A stretch of 63,942 bases of DNA, filler included, from Dugesia japonica (Eukaryota), in NCBI GenBank assembly GCA_001938525.1. It is 6 parts of 6 records of this genome, joined end to end, with 100 filler letters (N's around TTAATTAATTAA, not from the genome) between each part and the next. Parts side by side here need not be neighbours in the genome. Positions count along the whole stretch, not along the records: positions 18,729 to 28,431 come from MQRL01580201.1; positions 28,532 to 43,861 come from MQRL01334905.1; 4 more parts are not named here. One strand, 5' to 3'. The translations under genes were made by a program, and so were the position numbers. The notes under the pieces were generated by a model. That model did no database searches and was not told the DNA's origin. It saw only the letters and a list, made by a program, of their open reading frames with translations. Positions within the stretch are counted from its first letter, which is position 1, and each line of letters begins with the position of its first letter. Positions 22,400 through 34,932 of this stretch are shown in pieces.

Positions 22400-23400
22400 G
22401 ACAAACTAAGAGATTCCTGCAACGGGTTTTTTGTGTATAACGTTTTGGTAATTCCTGGGTTTGATTCCTGAATTGGGAATTCCTGTATTTTCCTGTTTCT
22501 TAAAAGAATTAAATTTACCCACAATGCAAACAGAAAAAAATTAAGTTACAATGATCCTCTGAGATATCACGATTGACGCGCGATAACCAATATTATTTAG
22601 TTAATGTCTCGGAATATCTGTTGACTGATATGATTCACAATTAAGTCTCTACAGAAATTTGTATGTATATGAATATACGAAATTTGTGGTTTTATTTGTT
22701 GTTTTCTGTTAAAATTAAGGGTCCTTTTATATGATTTTCTGCACACTCCAACTTCTCTTCGATTTGTGGTTTATTTTTAACTGGGTTTTTAGACTTCTTA
22801 TTGGTTCCAGTGCCAATTTACTAAATTGTTTTCGGAATTTTGGAGTTATCATTGGCGTCTATTTTTGGCCTGACACATGACAATTGTGTCTTTGTTTTAT
22901 TTTTATTTTCAGGTCTCTTATTGGCCCGATCTTGATGACCTTGCAGCACCCTTCTGGATGGTGGTAAGCTTTTTCTTCTTGGCGATTTTGATGCGTCTTA
23001 TTATTTTCTTTCCGTATTTCCTTATCCAAATTCTCTCCGATTTTCCTGAACTGCGTTATTCGGTTAAAAACAGATTTCTATCTAATTTTGCTTCTTTTTA
23101 TTTTTAAAATTAATTAATTTTCCTTTGTCAATTAATTATTTTCCATACTGCTTTTCTTTGTTGTTTATTATTAATTTAATAATTTTTCTTAATTTCCATT
23201 CGTAAGTTGATTTCATGTTACCCGGTTCTACGTATTCATCTTTGATTTTATTTCGTTCTTTTTTAATGGTGATTTCATGCCTTATATTTCATTATTTGGT
23301 GACTATAGCGGTCCTGCTATTCTTTTCTGTTGATTCGGCTTTTCAGCCTTATTCTAGTTTAACGGGTGTTTCACCCCAACAAATTTATTTATTTAAAAAA
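22400..23400 (-). mobile_element. Decayed gag/ORF1-like remnant related to 540-1686 (boundaries approximate)
   Basis: Shared 15-mer at 22950-22964 (minus strand PPSRR), CLHCG at ~22520-22535 and similar strand-biased composition. Confidence 0.3.
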
Positions 23401-25427
23401 TTTCTATTTATGGTTAATTTTAATTACAAAATTTATTTAATTTATCTTTTTTAGTATTTAATATTTTTAAAATTATTTTTCTTATATTTATTTTGATTTT
23501 AAGATATAAAATTGTTTTTAATCATTTCTTCTATACTTTCTCCTGCTTCAATACTAATATTCATATGAATAGTCGTTTATTATCGTTATATAGCTTCTAA
23601 TAAATCTGGTTATGGAGGGGCGATCGCCCCCATCGCCATCCAATAAGATCCGTTCTTTAATAGTACCTAAATGGAAAGTAATATAAATAATAGAATCTGG
23701 AAATTATATAAACCAAGAAACTTGGTTTTGGAAAAAAAATTAAAATGTTAACCTTTTGTAAAATGAAAGAAATCACAGAACTAGTCTGAAAAAAATAACA
23801 AATAGAAATAATGAAAATAACAATCATAATTACTAATACCATGAGCAAAGAACCATGAGGCAATATAGAAAATTAAAACAATAATAATCATATTTCGGAA
23901 AGGGAGAATAGTAATTGCAAATGGAAGCACTCGTTGAAAAATATCAAAGTTATTGTGAAATAGAATTCCTAAAAATAAAAGAAAAATGTTTCAATTTTAT
24001 AAAAATAAATAATTTATTAAAATTAATAATTAAATTAAACAAAGAAAAATACTAAAAAATATGGCTGACATGGATTAACAAGTAACAGAATCCCATGTTA
24101 TTCAAAGTAATGGTAAATATTAAATATCTAACAGATAAATATGTTTTCATTTGATTCTTTATTTGTTCATATTTTCCTTATAATTAATTTTTTCATTTTG
24201 AATTATGCCTTGGTCCATTGCTTGGAATTGGTCCATTATCTAGGAATAACATAATTTCCTTCAAGCTTTTAAAGAGTTTCTTTATTTAAGTTTAATTGTT
24301 TTATTGTATGACTTATGTAAATAATATAATAATCAGGTTGAATAAATGGTGCCCTCTCCACAGTGACGCAGGCTTTGAAGTCTCACTTACACCGGCCATG
24401 CAACTACTTTATTAGTAGATTATTAGCATTTAAAAACTTAACCACAGAAATTCTTTGAAATTAGTTTTGCTGTTACTAATTTTTAAATGTTACTAATTAT
24501 ATTAACTTGTTACTTGATTTATTTTCTACTTTCTATTATTTTATATTTATACATACTGAAAACCTTTTATTTTGATAAGTTAATAACAAGTAACAAAACA
24601 TTGAAAAATAATGGGGCGCGTAGTAAGAGTATACAAGCGGGCGAAGAAGGTCCTCACACTGGTTCTAAGTGGTTGTATTTAGATATTGTAAAGTTTAATT
24701 CTTTTTACTTGCTTTAGCGACATTACTTATTGAGAAGTAGCATTTAAAGCAATTTTAATAACTTTTGAAATTCTGAAACTTGTTTCTTTATTTTAACAAT
24801 TTTGCAGTATGTTTCACCTAATCTGGAATTTTTTGTTTCCGAATATTTTAGATTAGGCTCCCTTGATTGTAGGATATATTATTATATTGAGAATATTTAT
24901 TAGTAATTTGACATCAATTGATTGATAAAGAAAAGTAACACAAATACTACCAGGTCACAAAAAGAAGATACTCATTTTCAAATCAAAAGAATAGGAAAAT
25001 CATTGGAATTACTTATTTTTGATTTGTTAAAATATTTGTAAATATTGATTTCTTTTATGTTAAAAAACGATTAATTAAATAATCTATTTGGAAGTTTTCG
25101 TTNNNNNNNNNNNNNNNNNNNNNNNNNNNNNNNNNNNNNNNNNNNNNNNNNNNNNNNNNNNNNNNNNNNNNNNNNNNNNNNNNNNNNNNNNNNTTTTTCA
25201 ATAGATTTCTTTCCAAATATCTGAACCCTATTAAACGATAGGATTTATTACTGTCTCGTATAAGTATCCCGCAAATAGTATCATACAAACAAGTTTATAT
25301 AAGTTTCAGAAATTTTATGCTACTCAAATTATCTTGCAGTTGAAATCTATTATAACTAAACAAAAATAAAATCCTTTGCAAAATTTTTCAACACTTGATC
25401 ATAAATATTTAAATAATAATAGGTACT

Positions 25428-25860
25428 TGTATTTTAATTCACCCGAATTATTTTTAATTATTTTTGGTTCTTATTATTAANAAATAGATTAATTAATAAA
25501 ATTAATTTGTTGCAATAATCCCATGTATGTCAGTATAAAAGAAGTAGTCTATAGTTTTTTCAACAACATGGAATTGTGCATGAAATACGTCGTTGTTCAA
25601 AAAACCAAAAAAACCGCTGACAGATACATGTAGCGTACACGTACACAAATTTCTTACAAGATACAAAAAATATTTTTTTAAAGTTATATTTTCATTGGTT
25701 TTTACAAATAATCGGTACAAATATTACATGGAAATCTAAAAAAAATTGACATACATCAGATAATTGCTACAAATTCATTTTATTAATTAATCTATTAATT
25801 AATCAATTTATTAATATAATGAAAATGAACAAAAAAATAATTCGGGTGAATTAAAAGACA
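25428..25860. mobile_element. MITE with ~100-bp imperfect terminal inverted repeats
   Basis: TGTATTTTAATTCACCCGAATTATTTT...ATGTATGTCA (25428-~25532) is the reverse complement of TGACATACAT...AAATAATTCGGGTGAATTAAAAGACA (~25747-25860). Confidence 0.85.
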
Positions 25861-26119
25861 AAACCAAATAATAATTCTATCTTTTTATATATTGTGGAGT
25901 TAAATAATATTATTGTTAAAAAGTATTTCAGAAAAAAAACTAATAAAAATTGTTGTTGGCCATCAATAAAATTTTGTTGCCGTATTTTAAAAAATAACAT
26001 TTGATTACGTAATCATATTCATTATGGCAACAAAATAGAAATGCTTTAATTTTTATATTTAATTAAAAAAATAATATCTAGATAAGATGCGCGACTGAAT
26101 ATAATTTTAGCTTAGCTGA

Positions 26120-26435
26120 TTATTGATTGTATAGTTGATGGATTGGATTGTAATATTGATTAGCATAGTATACTTTCCAGTAATCAATATTAGAAAATGA
26201 ATTACCACTATTTGGATAATTGTAGTAAGCATTGTTCGAGTGGTTAGTATTAAAATTTTGAATTTGATTCATTCCAGTATAATCATTTATTGAATCTTGG
26301 GTAATTTTTTGAAATGAAAAATTACTTATATTACTGAGTGGAGGAGACAAATCCAAACTTTTAGCAGTCATTTTTTCAGGGTCGATTATCTTTATTTCGC
26401 TAATTGATTCATCAGTGGTGTTTATTGTACTTGAA
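26120..26435 (-). CDS. Six1/2: Six1/2 exon 2, low-complexity S/N/Y-rich C-terminus
   Basis: A 46-nt GT-AG intron (26481-26436, phase 2) joins in frame with ORF 26120-26371. Total CDS is 900 nt (299 aa). Confidence 0.8.
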
Positions 26436-26481
26436 CTAAATTTTAAAAAAATATTTAAATAAAACCAATAAACAAATTCAC

Positions 26482-27065
26482 TTCTTCGATTTAAGGTTTT
26501 TGTCTCTCTGCCTTCGATTTTTAAACCAATTACTAATTTGATCTTTATTTAATTCTGTTTGTTCAGCCAAATAAGATTTTTCTTTAGCGTTAGGGAACGG
26601 TGATTTCTCATACAATTCTTTCAATAGTTTTCTTGTAGTTTCTTTAAAACAATAACTAGTTTCTTCGCCGTCCCATATTGTTCTAGGAAGTGGAAATCTT
26701 TTACGGATTCGATATTTTGATACAGAAGACAGTAGCTTTTTTTTTGAAAGTTGAGCTTCTTCATAATGAGCATTATACCATAATTCTTGAAGATATTCAT
26801 AATTTTTTGTAGAAAATTGAAAACTATTAATTATATTATACATTTCAGAAAATTTTTGATTTTGAAAATATCTCGAAATTTCTAAAAGAAGCATATTTTC
26901 TGTTTGTTCTTTATGAAAATTAAAATTATAATTAAACGCCTCATTGTTGAAAACAGGAATTTGTTGATAAAGATTATTATACTGGAAATTCTGACAAAAA
27001 TTTGAGTAGGCTGCTGGCAATTGATGGTAATTTGTTAATGGTAGATGAAAGTAATTTGAGGACAT
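26482..27065 (-). CDS. Six1/2: Six1/2 (sine oculis) homeobox protein, exon 1: partial SIX domain and homeodomain
   Basis: LQELWYNAHYEEA...KYRIRKRFPLPRTIWDGEETSYCFKE...QISNWFKNRRQRD. The ETSY tetrapeptide marks the Six1/2 class and the homeodomain is K50. Donor AA|GTGAAT at 26481. Confidence 0.95.
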
Positions 27066-27103
27066 TTTAGAAATGTAAGACGATTTTAATTTCACTTATT
27101 ATA

Positions 27104-27167
27104 TTTATATAGAAAAAAGTTTTATTGGTTTTCTTTAAGGATTGGTCATTTGCCGAATTTATATTGG
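27104..27167 (-). promoter_or_regulatory. Putative Six1/2 core promoter (TATA plus three CCAAT boxes)
   Basis: TATATAAA at 27111-27104 and CCAAT at 27128-27124, 27145-27141 and 27167-27163, all within ~100 nt upstream of the ATG. The AT-rich background weakens the TATA call. Confidence 0.4.
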
Positions 27168-28431
27168 TTAATTGAATATCAGTTTCGATTACGTAATAAA
27201 TTCAATGTCCCAGCTGTAGCCTTAGTTTGGTTTTTTTTTATAATATTAATTAATCTTGTTATATTTTTCTGTATTTTCTTGTCAAATTATACGAAAAACA
27301 CATCAAACGTTTCTTTATTTATATTTCACAATAAATTTCTCAAAAATCTAATGACGCGTGAATGTTTAATTAACAGTGTTACAATTTTGACAGGTGGTTG
27401 TAGTAAATCTCGGCAAAAACTAGTGGAATTATAACGATGCACCTGGATCCTACTGAGCCAGCTGAAATTGCATCATTAAAAAACCGCAACACAATTATTC
27501 TTTAATTTACTACTACTTATTAATTTGACAAATATATCAATGAAAAAATTCACAAATTATTGGTTTTATTTGTTGAATTCGAAAAAAAATTGTAATGATG
27601 CAACAATTTTGACGCGATTGAATTTCTTTTTTTTGTTTCTTAAATATCGAAAAACTGAAATGGGATACGTTTTTAAGTTAAAACCAAAACCTGTAAAACC
27701 ATTAATTACATAATCGACAAGTGGAAAAATTTTAACATACATTTGAGTTATTTTTTGAAAAAGGTTACAGCTGCATTTTGTTATAATATTGACAATTGAA
27801 AAAATTAACCTTTTTACGGTGTATGATATAAAATAATAATAATTAATTTCGAATTAAAATTTATTTATTTTAAAAATGTTTATTAATTATATTTAATTAA
27901 TTAAAGATAATTTAGTGAATAATTTTGAACAGTTTTAAATTTGAAAAATCAATTTTTGATTTTCAAAACATTTTATTTTACTTTTTAAAAACTTCGTCAT
28001 AAGTAGAAATAAATTTTTTTTATAAAAATTTGATGAAATGAATTCAGTCTATTTTTCTCAATTTCAACAATATTTAACAGTATTTTCTGAATTTTTTCTG
28101 TTATTTTAAATTTTGAGTAACAATCTTCTATTTAAAAAATATATTAACTAAAAAAAATTAATTTAAAAAAAACTATTAAATATCTTTAATGAAATAATGT
28201 TCATTTTGGAAAAATTAAAACATAAATAATTTCAGAACTGAGAATGAATAAAACTGTACTCTGAACTCAAGACGGTTTAAAATTTTAAGACAGACTTATT
28301 TGTTCAATATCATAAAAAAATATACTATCAACATAACTACATGATACAAACATCCAAATAATTTTTATATGGTATTTATTCAAATACAACATAATTCACA
28401 ATCATTAGTCATGTAAATAGTATTTTAACAA

Positions 28432-28531
28432 NNNNNNNNNNNNNNNNNNNNNNNNNNNNNNNNNNNNNNNNNNNNTTAATTAATTAANNNNNNNNNNNNN
28501 NNNNNNNNNNNNNNNNNNNNNNNNNNNNNNN
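28432..28531. other. Artificial scaffold-joining spacer
   Basis: N44 + TTAATTAATTAA (28476-28487) + N44. Confidence 0.95.
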
Positions 28532-31500
28532 TATTTAATATTTATTTTCGCTTAAGATTTCTTTGAATACAACACAATTAACTGTTCCCATCCTTGTAGT
28601 TATAATATTTTCTTAAATAACGTCATCATTCAAAAATCTAAAGTTAATTTTCCTGATATTTTATCATTTGTAAATTTGGAAATATATTCACTGGATTTAT
28701 ATTTTTCATTTAAAAATTTGAAATTAGAATTGAATTACATTTATCCTTTACAATCTGGAAACACAGATCTCAGAATGGTATGTACACATTTTTATTGGAT
28801 TGTAAAATGGAACAATTGTACAAAACAACTGAATAATGGAAAATGGTCAATAATGCTTTACAGTAATGATATATGATATTTATTATATTTAAAGTGTTAA
28901 TTACTTGTTTTGTTATTTGAACTACTTAAATAAATTATAATAATGTTCGAGTTTTCTTATTCGTTTTTCCTTCGCTATCAGTTTTCTTGCTATCTTATAT
29001 ACCATAAATAATTGTGATTCGTAATAAAATCTTGCGTTTATTCTTAAGTAATTCATTATTTCAACACAAGATGATACTAATGATCTATGAGAAATGTAAT
29101 TTACCAGTAGTTCATTAACAAATGTCATTGTTTATGCTTTGTGTTGTGAATAATGAACAAGATTATTCAGGTAATATGTTTATATAGTTTATTCTTGGAA
29201 ATAATAATATGAATAAATTTGTTTTTGTATTAAAACATAAAATATTATTATTGTGAAATTTAATTATTTATTTAATTTAATGTATGCTAGGTTATATTTG
29301 ATTTATTTTATATTTTGAATATTGTTTTATAAGACATTTTGTTTTGTTATTTTTGTTTAAATAAATAATAATGAAACTTCATTTTCACATGTAGTTTTAT
29401 TTTTGGCGTAAATGAGTTAATAAAAACATATATGCTAGTGCGTTAAACTATTGACTAATAAAATATTGACTAATAAATGTAATAATTATTTTACATTTTT
29501 CTTTTACTATTTCATTACTCATTATACCAAATGTAGTCAGTGAATTATACTACTGCTTTATATTCAGGAATACAATTATAATTGTTTGTTGTTTGGTTTG
29601 TTTGATTGGCCAAGTCATGACACATATATAAAACATGAATGCATCCTGATGTTTTGATAATTTATTCAGCGTGTTATTTCCTATTATAAATTAACAGAAT
29701 ATGAAATTTAATTGATTTAATGAATTAGATTTGGTAATGAAGAGGTTAACCTAATTTCATAATTCACCAGAAGAGAAAATTCTGTTAAAAATAATCATGA
29801 TTGGAATATTAATTTCAAAAAATATCTCAGCCTTGCACTGAATAACTTTTTTGTTCAACAGAATTAATTTTAAAATTAAAAAATCTTTACGTTTAAATTA
29901 TAAATTACTATGGAAACCAGATCAAAGTGCTTATTTTAGAAACCATTTCTTCCAAAAATTTATCAATTTAGTTTAAGGATACCAAATTTTATTAATCAGT
30001 TACTTATTAATAAAATTAGTAATTATTATTATAGTAAATAGCAAAACATAGAATTTACCGTCCAATTTCACTTAATAGTAATTTCAGTTTTAATGAAAAT
30101 AGTTAACGTGTATTAAATTCTTATAGGTAGGTAGATATAAACACTACATCTCTCCATCCCTTCAGGTGTTCGGAAAATATTTCGTGCACATATACAATAA
30201 TTGGATTGATTGAAAAAGTTTTCCCAACTCATTGTATATATTAATCTCTTTAGGTATGCACCATGCAAAATCCAAGAAATTTCTTTTTTCTCAACGTGTA
30301 TGTATGTAGGAGTTACTATGTACATATGTCAGTTTTTAATTGAACGATGAATCATTTATTGCCTTTCGCTGTAAGTGTATACGTGTGTCACATTTTTCTT
30401 GTTATTTAGGTGCTTAAAATTATTTTAATTTTAAGTAGTAGTAACTGATGGAAAAACTATCACGTTAAATTTTCGAACGACACTTCGCAGCACTGAACCG
30501 CTCAATTGGTTATCGCTCATTTGTTTTGAGCGCGGAAATTGAAATATTTGTACTGTGTGCGCATAATTTTTGACGAATAATATTCCAAATTCTCACAGTC
30601 ATTAGTTTTAAGTGTGAAAATTTACAAGTAAGATTCGACATTTCACTCTTCTTGTTATATACACCATGATATGTGAAGTAATAAATCAATAATCCTGTTA
30701 TTTTCCTATTCATCTATTTATTAGGATCAAATTTTAAATAACTATTCCTAAATGATGGAGAATTCTTCTATTCATGATTTGAATTATTCGCTTTTCTCAT
30801 TTTCTTTTTGTTATTGATTTTCTTTATTTTTCTCTTTATGCTCCAGGCGTTCTAGCTTAACACTTTCAATATAAATTAGTATTATTTCAAATTGAAATAA
30901 CATTTCAAATATCATAATTATTTTGAAAATGTAAAGAATATGTATTAACGTTTTGATTAATTAGATCAAACTGAAATCAAACCAGTTAAATCAAATTATT
31001 ATCCAGAAAATCTAGTTATTCTAGATACGGTTAATTTCAATTGTACATTGATATCTTATCAGGGTCCTAATGCCTTGATATTTCGAATGTTTTCCGTTAA
31101 ACCAATAATATATATAAATACATTTTATTTACAATATGGTGCTTTCAAAAGTAAAAATGTTTCATATATTCGACATGCAGTGATTATTAATTGTGAAATT
31201 TTCCTATTGACAAAAGTAGTGAGTTGGTGTCAAATATTCAGTTTAGGTGGAATTTTCAAGCGAATTATAAATTATTGTTAGTAATTACCATAATTTTTAA
31301 ATGTTTTTTTACTGGATGTAACATAATTGTTAACTTAAAATGTAAATAAAAAATAGTTGAATCAATCTGGAAAAAGAAAACAATCAATACAGGACACTAA
31401 CATATTAATTAAATATCTTTAGATAAGTGGCGTTGTGAGTATGTATGCCGCTTTGGGAGGTATTTAAAATTTTTACGCCCCACACAAAACATCAGAAAAA

Positions 31501-31563
31501 ATGATTTAATTTAATGCATTATTTATTGTTTAATATTTGAAGTTGTGTGAATACTCTATTATA

Positions 31564-32760
31564 CGTGGGTGGTTTAAAAAGTTTTGAAAACGACGGGGTT
31601 AATTTAACAATATAACAAAAATTTATAAGCCATTTTAATATTTCATCTTTAATAATAACATATTTATAATAGCATTCCAATATGTAAAGTTATTTGTTTA
31701 AGTTACTTATTTTAATTTGATTAAAATGTAAAAAATTAAATATAGAACGATCATAAAATTATTTGTCCTGGAAGGATTATCCACAACAGAAATCCATACA
31801 AAGATGGTCAAAGTATTAAAAGTAGGTGCTCCTTCTTTTTAAACCGTTCACAGATGGGCTTTGAAGTTTTGACTTAGTCATTCGATGATTGAAGATGATC
31901 TACGCAGTGAACACCCAAAAAGCGCGACAACACCACAAATCATTTAAGTAATACATGGCATATTACTTTGGCATATTTTGCTTGAAGATTTGAATATTAC
32001 AAAGCTTTGTGCAAGATGGGTGCCGCATCTGCTAACTATCGATGAAAAGCACATTCTAATGCAATTTTCTCTATAATGTCTGGATTGATTTAGTCATAAT
32101 AAAACAAATTTTTTAAGTCGTCTTGTAACTATAGATGAAACCTGAATTCACCACTACACACCAAAGACAAAAACACAATCCAAACAGCTAATGGAAGCTG
32201 GTTCTAATGCACAAAAGAATGCCAAGATAATTTTATGGCATCTGTATTTTGGGATGCGAAAAGAATTTTGTTATTAAATTACCTTGAGAAAGGAAAAACA
32301 ATCAATTCGCAGTATTATGTAAGCCTATTGGACCAATTGTGTGAAAAACTCCTTGAAAACGACCAGGTTTGCAGAAGAAAAAAATCATTTTTCTGCAAGA
32401 CAATGCATTTGCTTACAAAAGCACTTTGACCATGACAAAATTCAATGAATTTAAGTACGACTTGCTTGACCATCCACTCTATTCACCTGATTTGGCTCCA
32501 TCCGACTTCTTTCTTTTACCAAACCTTAAAATATTTCTATCTGGAAAACGTTTTTGTGACAATCAAGAAACAATTAATGCTGTAGACAGCTATTTTGGAA
32601 GCCTTGATGAAAGTCATTACAATCAAGGTATCCAGTTACTTGAAAAACGTTGGACTTAATGTGTTCAACTAATTAAGATTTTGTAGAAAATTAATGTGAT
32701 TTTTGAACAATAAATGTTGTTTTTTTCGTTTCATTTTCAAAAATTTTCAGACAGCCCTCG
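31564..32760 (+). mobile_element. Near full-length decayed mariner element
   Basis: TA-flanked TIRs CGTGGGTGGTTTAAAAAGTTTTGAAAA and rc CGAGGGCTGTCTGAAAATTTTTGAAAA. Transposase motifs LCARWVPHLL, RLVTIDET, MASVFWD, FLQDNA and HPLYSPDLAPSDF. Stops and frameshifts. Confidence 0.95.
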
Positions 32761-33759
32761 TATAAATGATATTTTAAGACAAAATATAACTAATAAACAC
32801 CTTTTTATAAAAGTTTATTTTCGATGTCTACAAAATATAACAGTAAGTTCTATCGATAACCTTTTATTAGAGTCTTGCTTTGGCTAGACCTCAGGAGCTC
32901 TATAAATTTTTGTGTTCAATATTTTGGCAAAATGGTTGAAGGATTTATTTACAATAATTGTAAACCTACTGATTCAATAATAATCATGAAATAATCGCAT
33001 TCAATAACCATGAATAAAAATAAAAATTAATAATTTCACAAATGTTTCAGCACTATTTATAAAAATTAAAACAAATAATAAAGATATGCCATGAATTTTA
33101 TTTCAATTGTACGTTATTTAGCATAAAAAAAATTAAACATATCCACTATTATTTCTAGATTTGTCAATATTTCATTATTATTAACAAAGGACAATTAATA
33201 AAAAGAATAACAAATGTCGACTAATAACACAATAATCAATAAAAATTAACAAAATTAAAATGCTCATATGATCTAAATAATGTCTGTTAGATCAAATTCA
33301 AAATCAAAATGTTTGTCTCTTCTTCTTGATTACTGATATCGAATATTGGAGGAAACATCTATTATTGAATGTTTTTGATTGAGTTTTTTGTAATTGTTAG
33401 ATGAATTTAAAGTACACATCTGATCATCAATATCAAAACTCGATTCCATAGCAAAATTAATTCCAAACACAACTATAACCAACACTATTTGTTTATTCAA
33501 ACAAATTAAAATCCATGTTTTAATTGTTGATAGCTTTTCAAATTCTTTTAAAATTTATTTAAGGTTATTTAAATTTTTCATTCCAACTTTAAAACAAATT
33601 TTTACTTTATTATTTTAAAACTTAATTTAAAATTTAAAACAAAATACAAAATAAAAATCTTTTAAATCAAAGATTTTAAGAAAAGCGACCACCAACCACA
33701 AAAATTTTAACTCGCTTTTCAAGACATTCTCACAAACCCTTTATAAGAAATTTTTTGAT

Positions 33760-34860
33760 CTTCTCTACGTTTAATTCAAGACTTTCCGTTTTTATCTTCA
33801 AGAATATAACGTCTGTCGTGAACTTTTCCTTTGATCTTATAGGGTCCTTCAAAACGATCTTGGTTCATGTTTCTTGTTTCAACTTTATCTAAGAACTCAT
33901 CACCAACCTAAAATTTTCTTTTGGTCAATATCTGTTTATCTTTTTCTGTAGGTTGTCTTTGAGAATCTGTTTGTAGCATTTTTCTCTGCTTATTCTCTTT
34001 CTAAATACGATTTCAGCTGGGCTTTTCCCAATGGTATTCTGATTTGTAGCATTCAAGATAAATTCTATCTCCTGCAATACATTAAACTATCTGAAGTTTT
34101 CCTTTCTTTACGTGTCATATGTATCATATCCAGCATAGTTCTAAACTGTCTCTCGATTTGTTCATTTGAGTCATGATGATATGGACTCAAAAACCTGATG
34201 GTAATTTTATGTTCAGCTGCAAAATCTTTCATTGATTTTGACTCTTCCACCATCAACTCGAATTTCTACTGGACACCCGAATTTTAATATCCACTTCTCT
34301 ATTATTGCTTTCCGTATGTTATCTTCACCATGTCTTGTCATTTCTATCAAGGCTACATACTTACAACATTGATCTATTATACTGAGAACATTTTTATCGT
34401 CTTTTTTTTATCTAGAACATTTTTATCTAGTCTCCAGCAGTGACACACATCTATAAATAACAGTTCAAAAATTAAGGCTGGTTGCGTCTTTTTTGTTTCT
34501 TTATTCGTTTTTGTTGTCAACACTTTAGCTTTCTGGCATATTATACAGATTTGGACAATCTCTTGTACTTTGCTCCACAAATGTTTCACGTTATATTTAT
34601 GCTTCATATACGCTGCTACCGTTTCTTTTCCGGCATGACACAAAAGATGATTTATCTTCATTATAAATTGTTAAACATTATCATCAGGTATCCATGTTCC
34701 TTCATCCTTTTCTCCAAAATGGCCTTGTTTTCCTTAAATATCTACTGTATTTAACATCCTTCTTTTTAATTTTCCACTTTTGGGGTCTTCATGTGACATT
34801 TGATATTGTGAACATGTATTGCATTTACTCCTTGACAACATATCCGCATTTACATGAAGC
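33760..34860 (-). pseudogene. Ty3/gypsy integrase remnant
   Basis: HHCC finger HLLCHAG...QICIICQKAK, core SPYHHDSNEQIERQFRT and GPY/F motif RFEGPYKI (~33835-33860). Confidence 0.88.
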
Positions 34861-34932
34861 GATCCTTTTCTATATTACAATTTGGAGGGGACCTCTCCCG
34901 GGGGCTCGGAAACACATAATGATTGTCCTGGT

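Noticed and set aside
23610-23660. Palindrome GGGGCGATCGCCCC and other isolated hAT-like termini (31426, 44198-44212, 53580)
   Set aside because: These are single unpaired ends with no partner TIR or TSD identified, so they were not called as elements.
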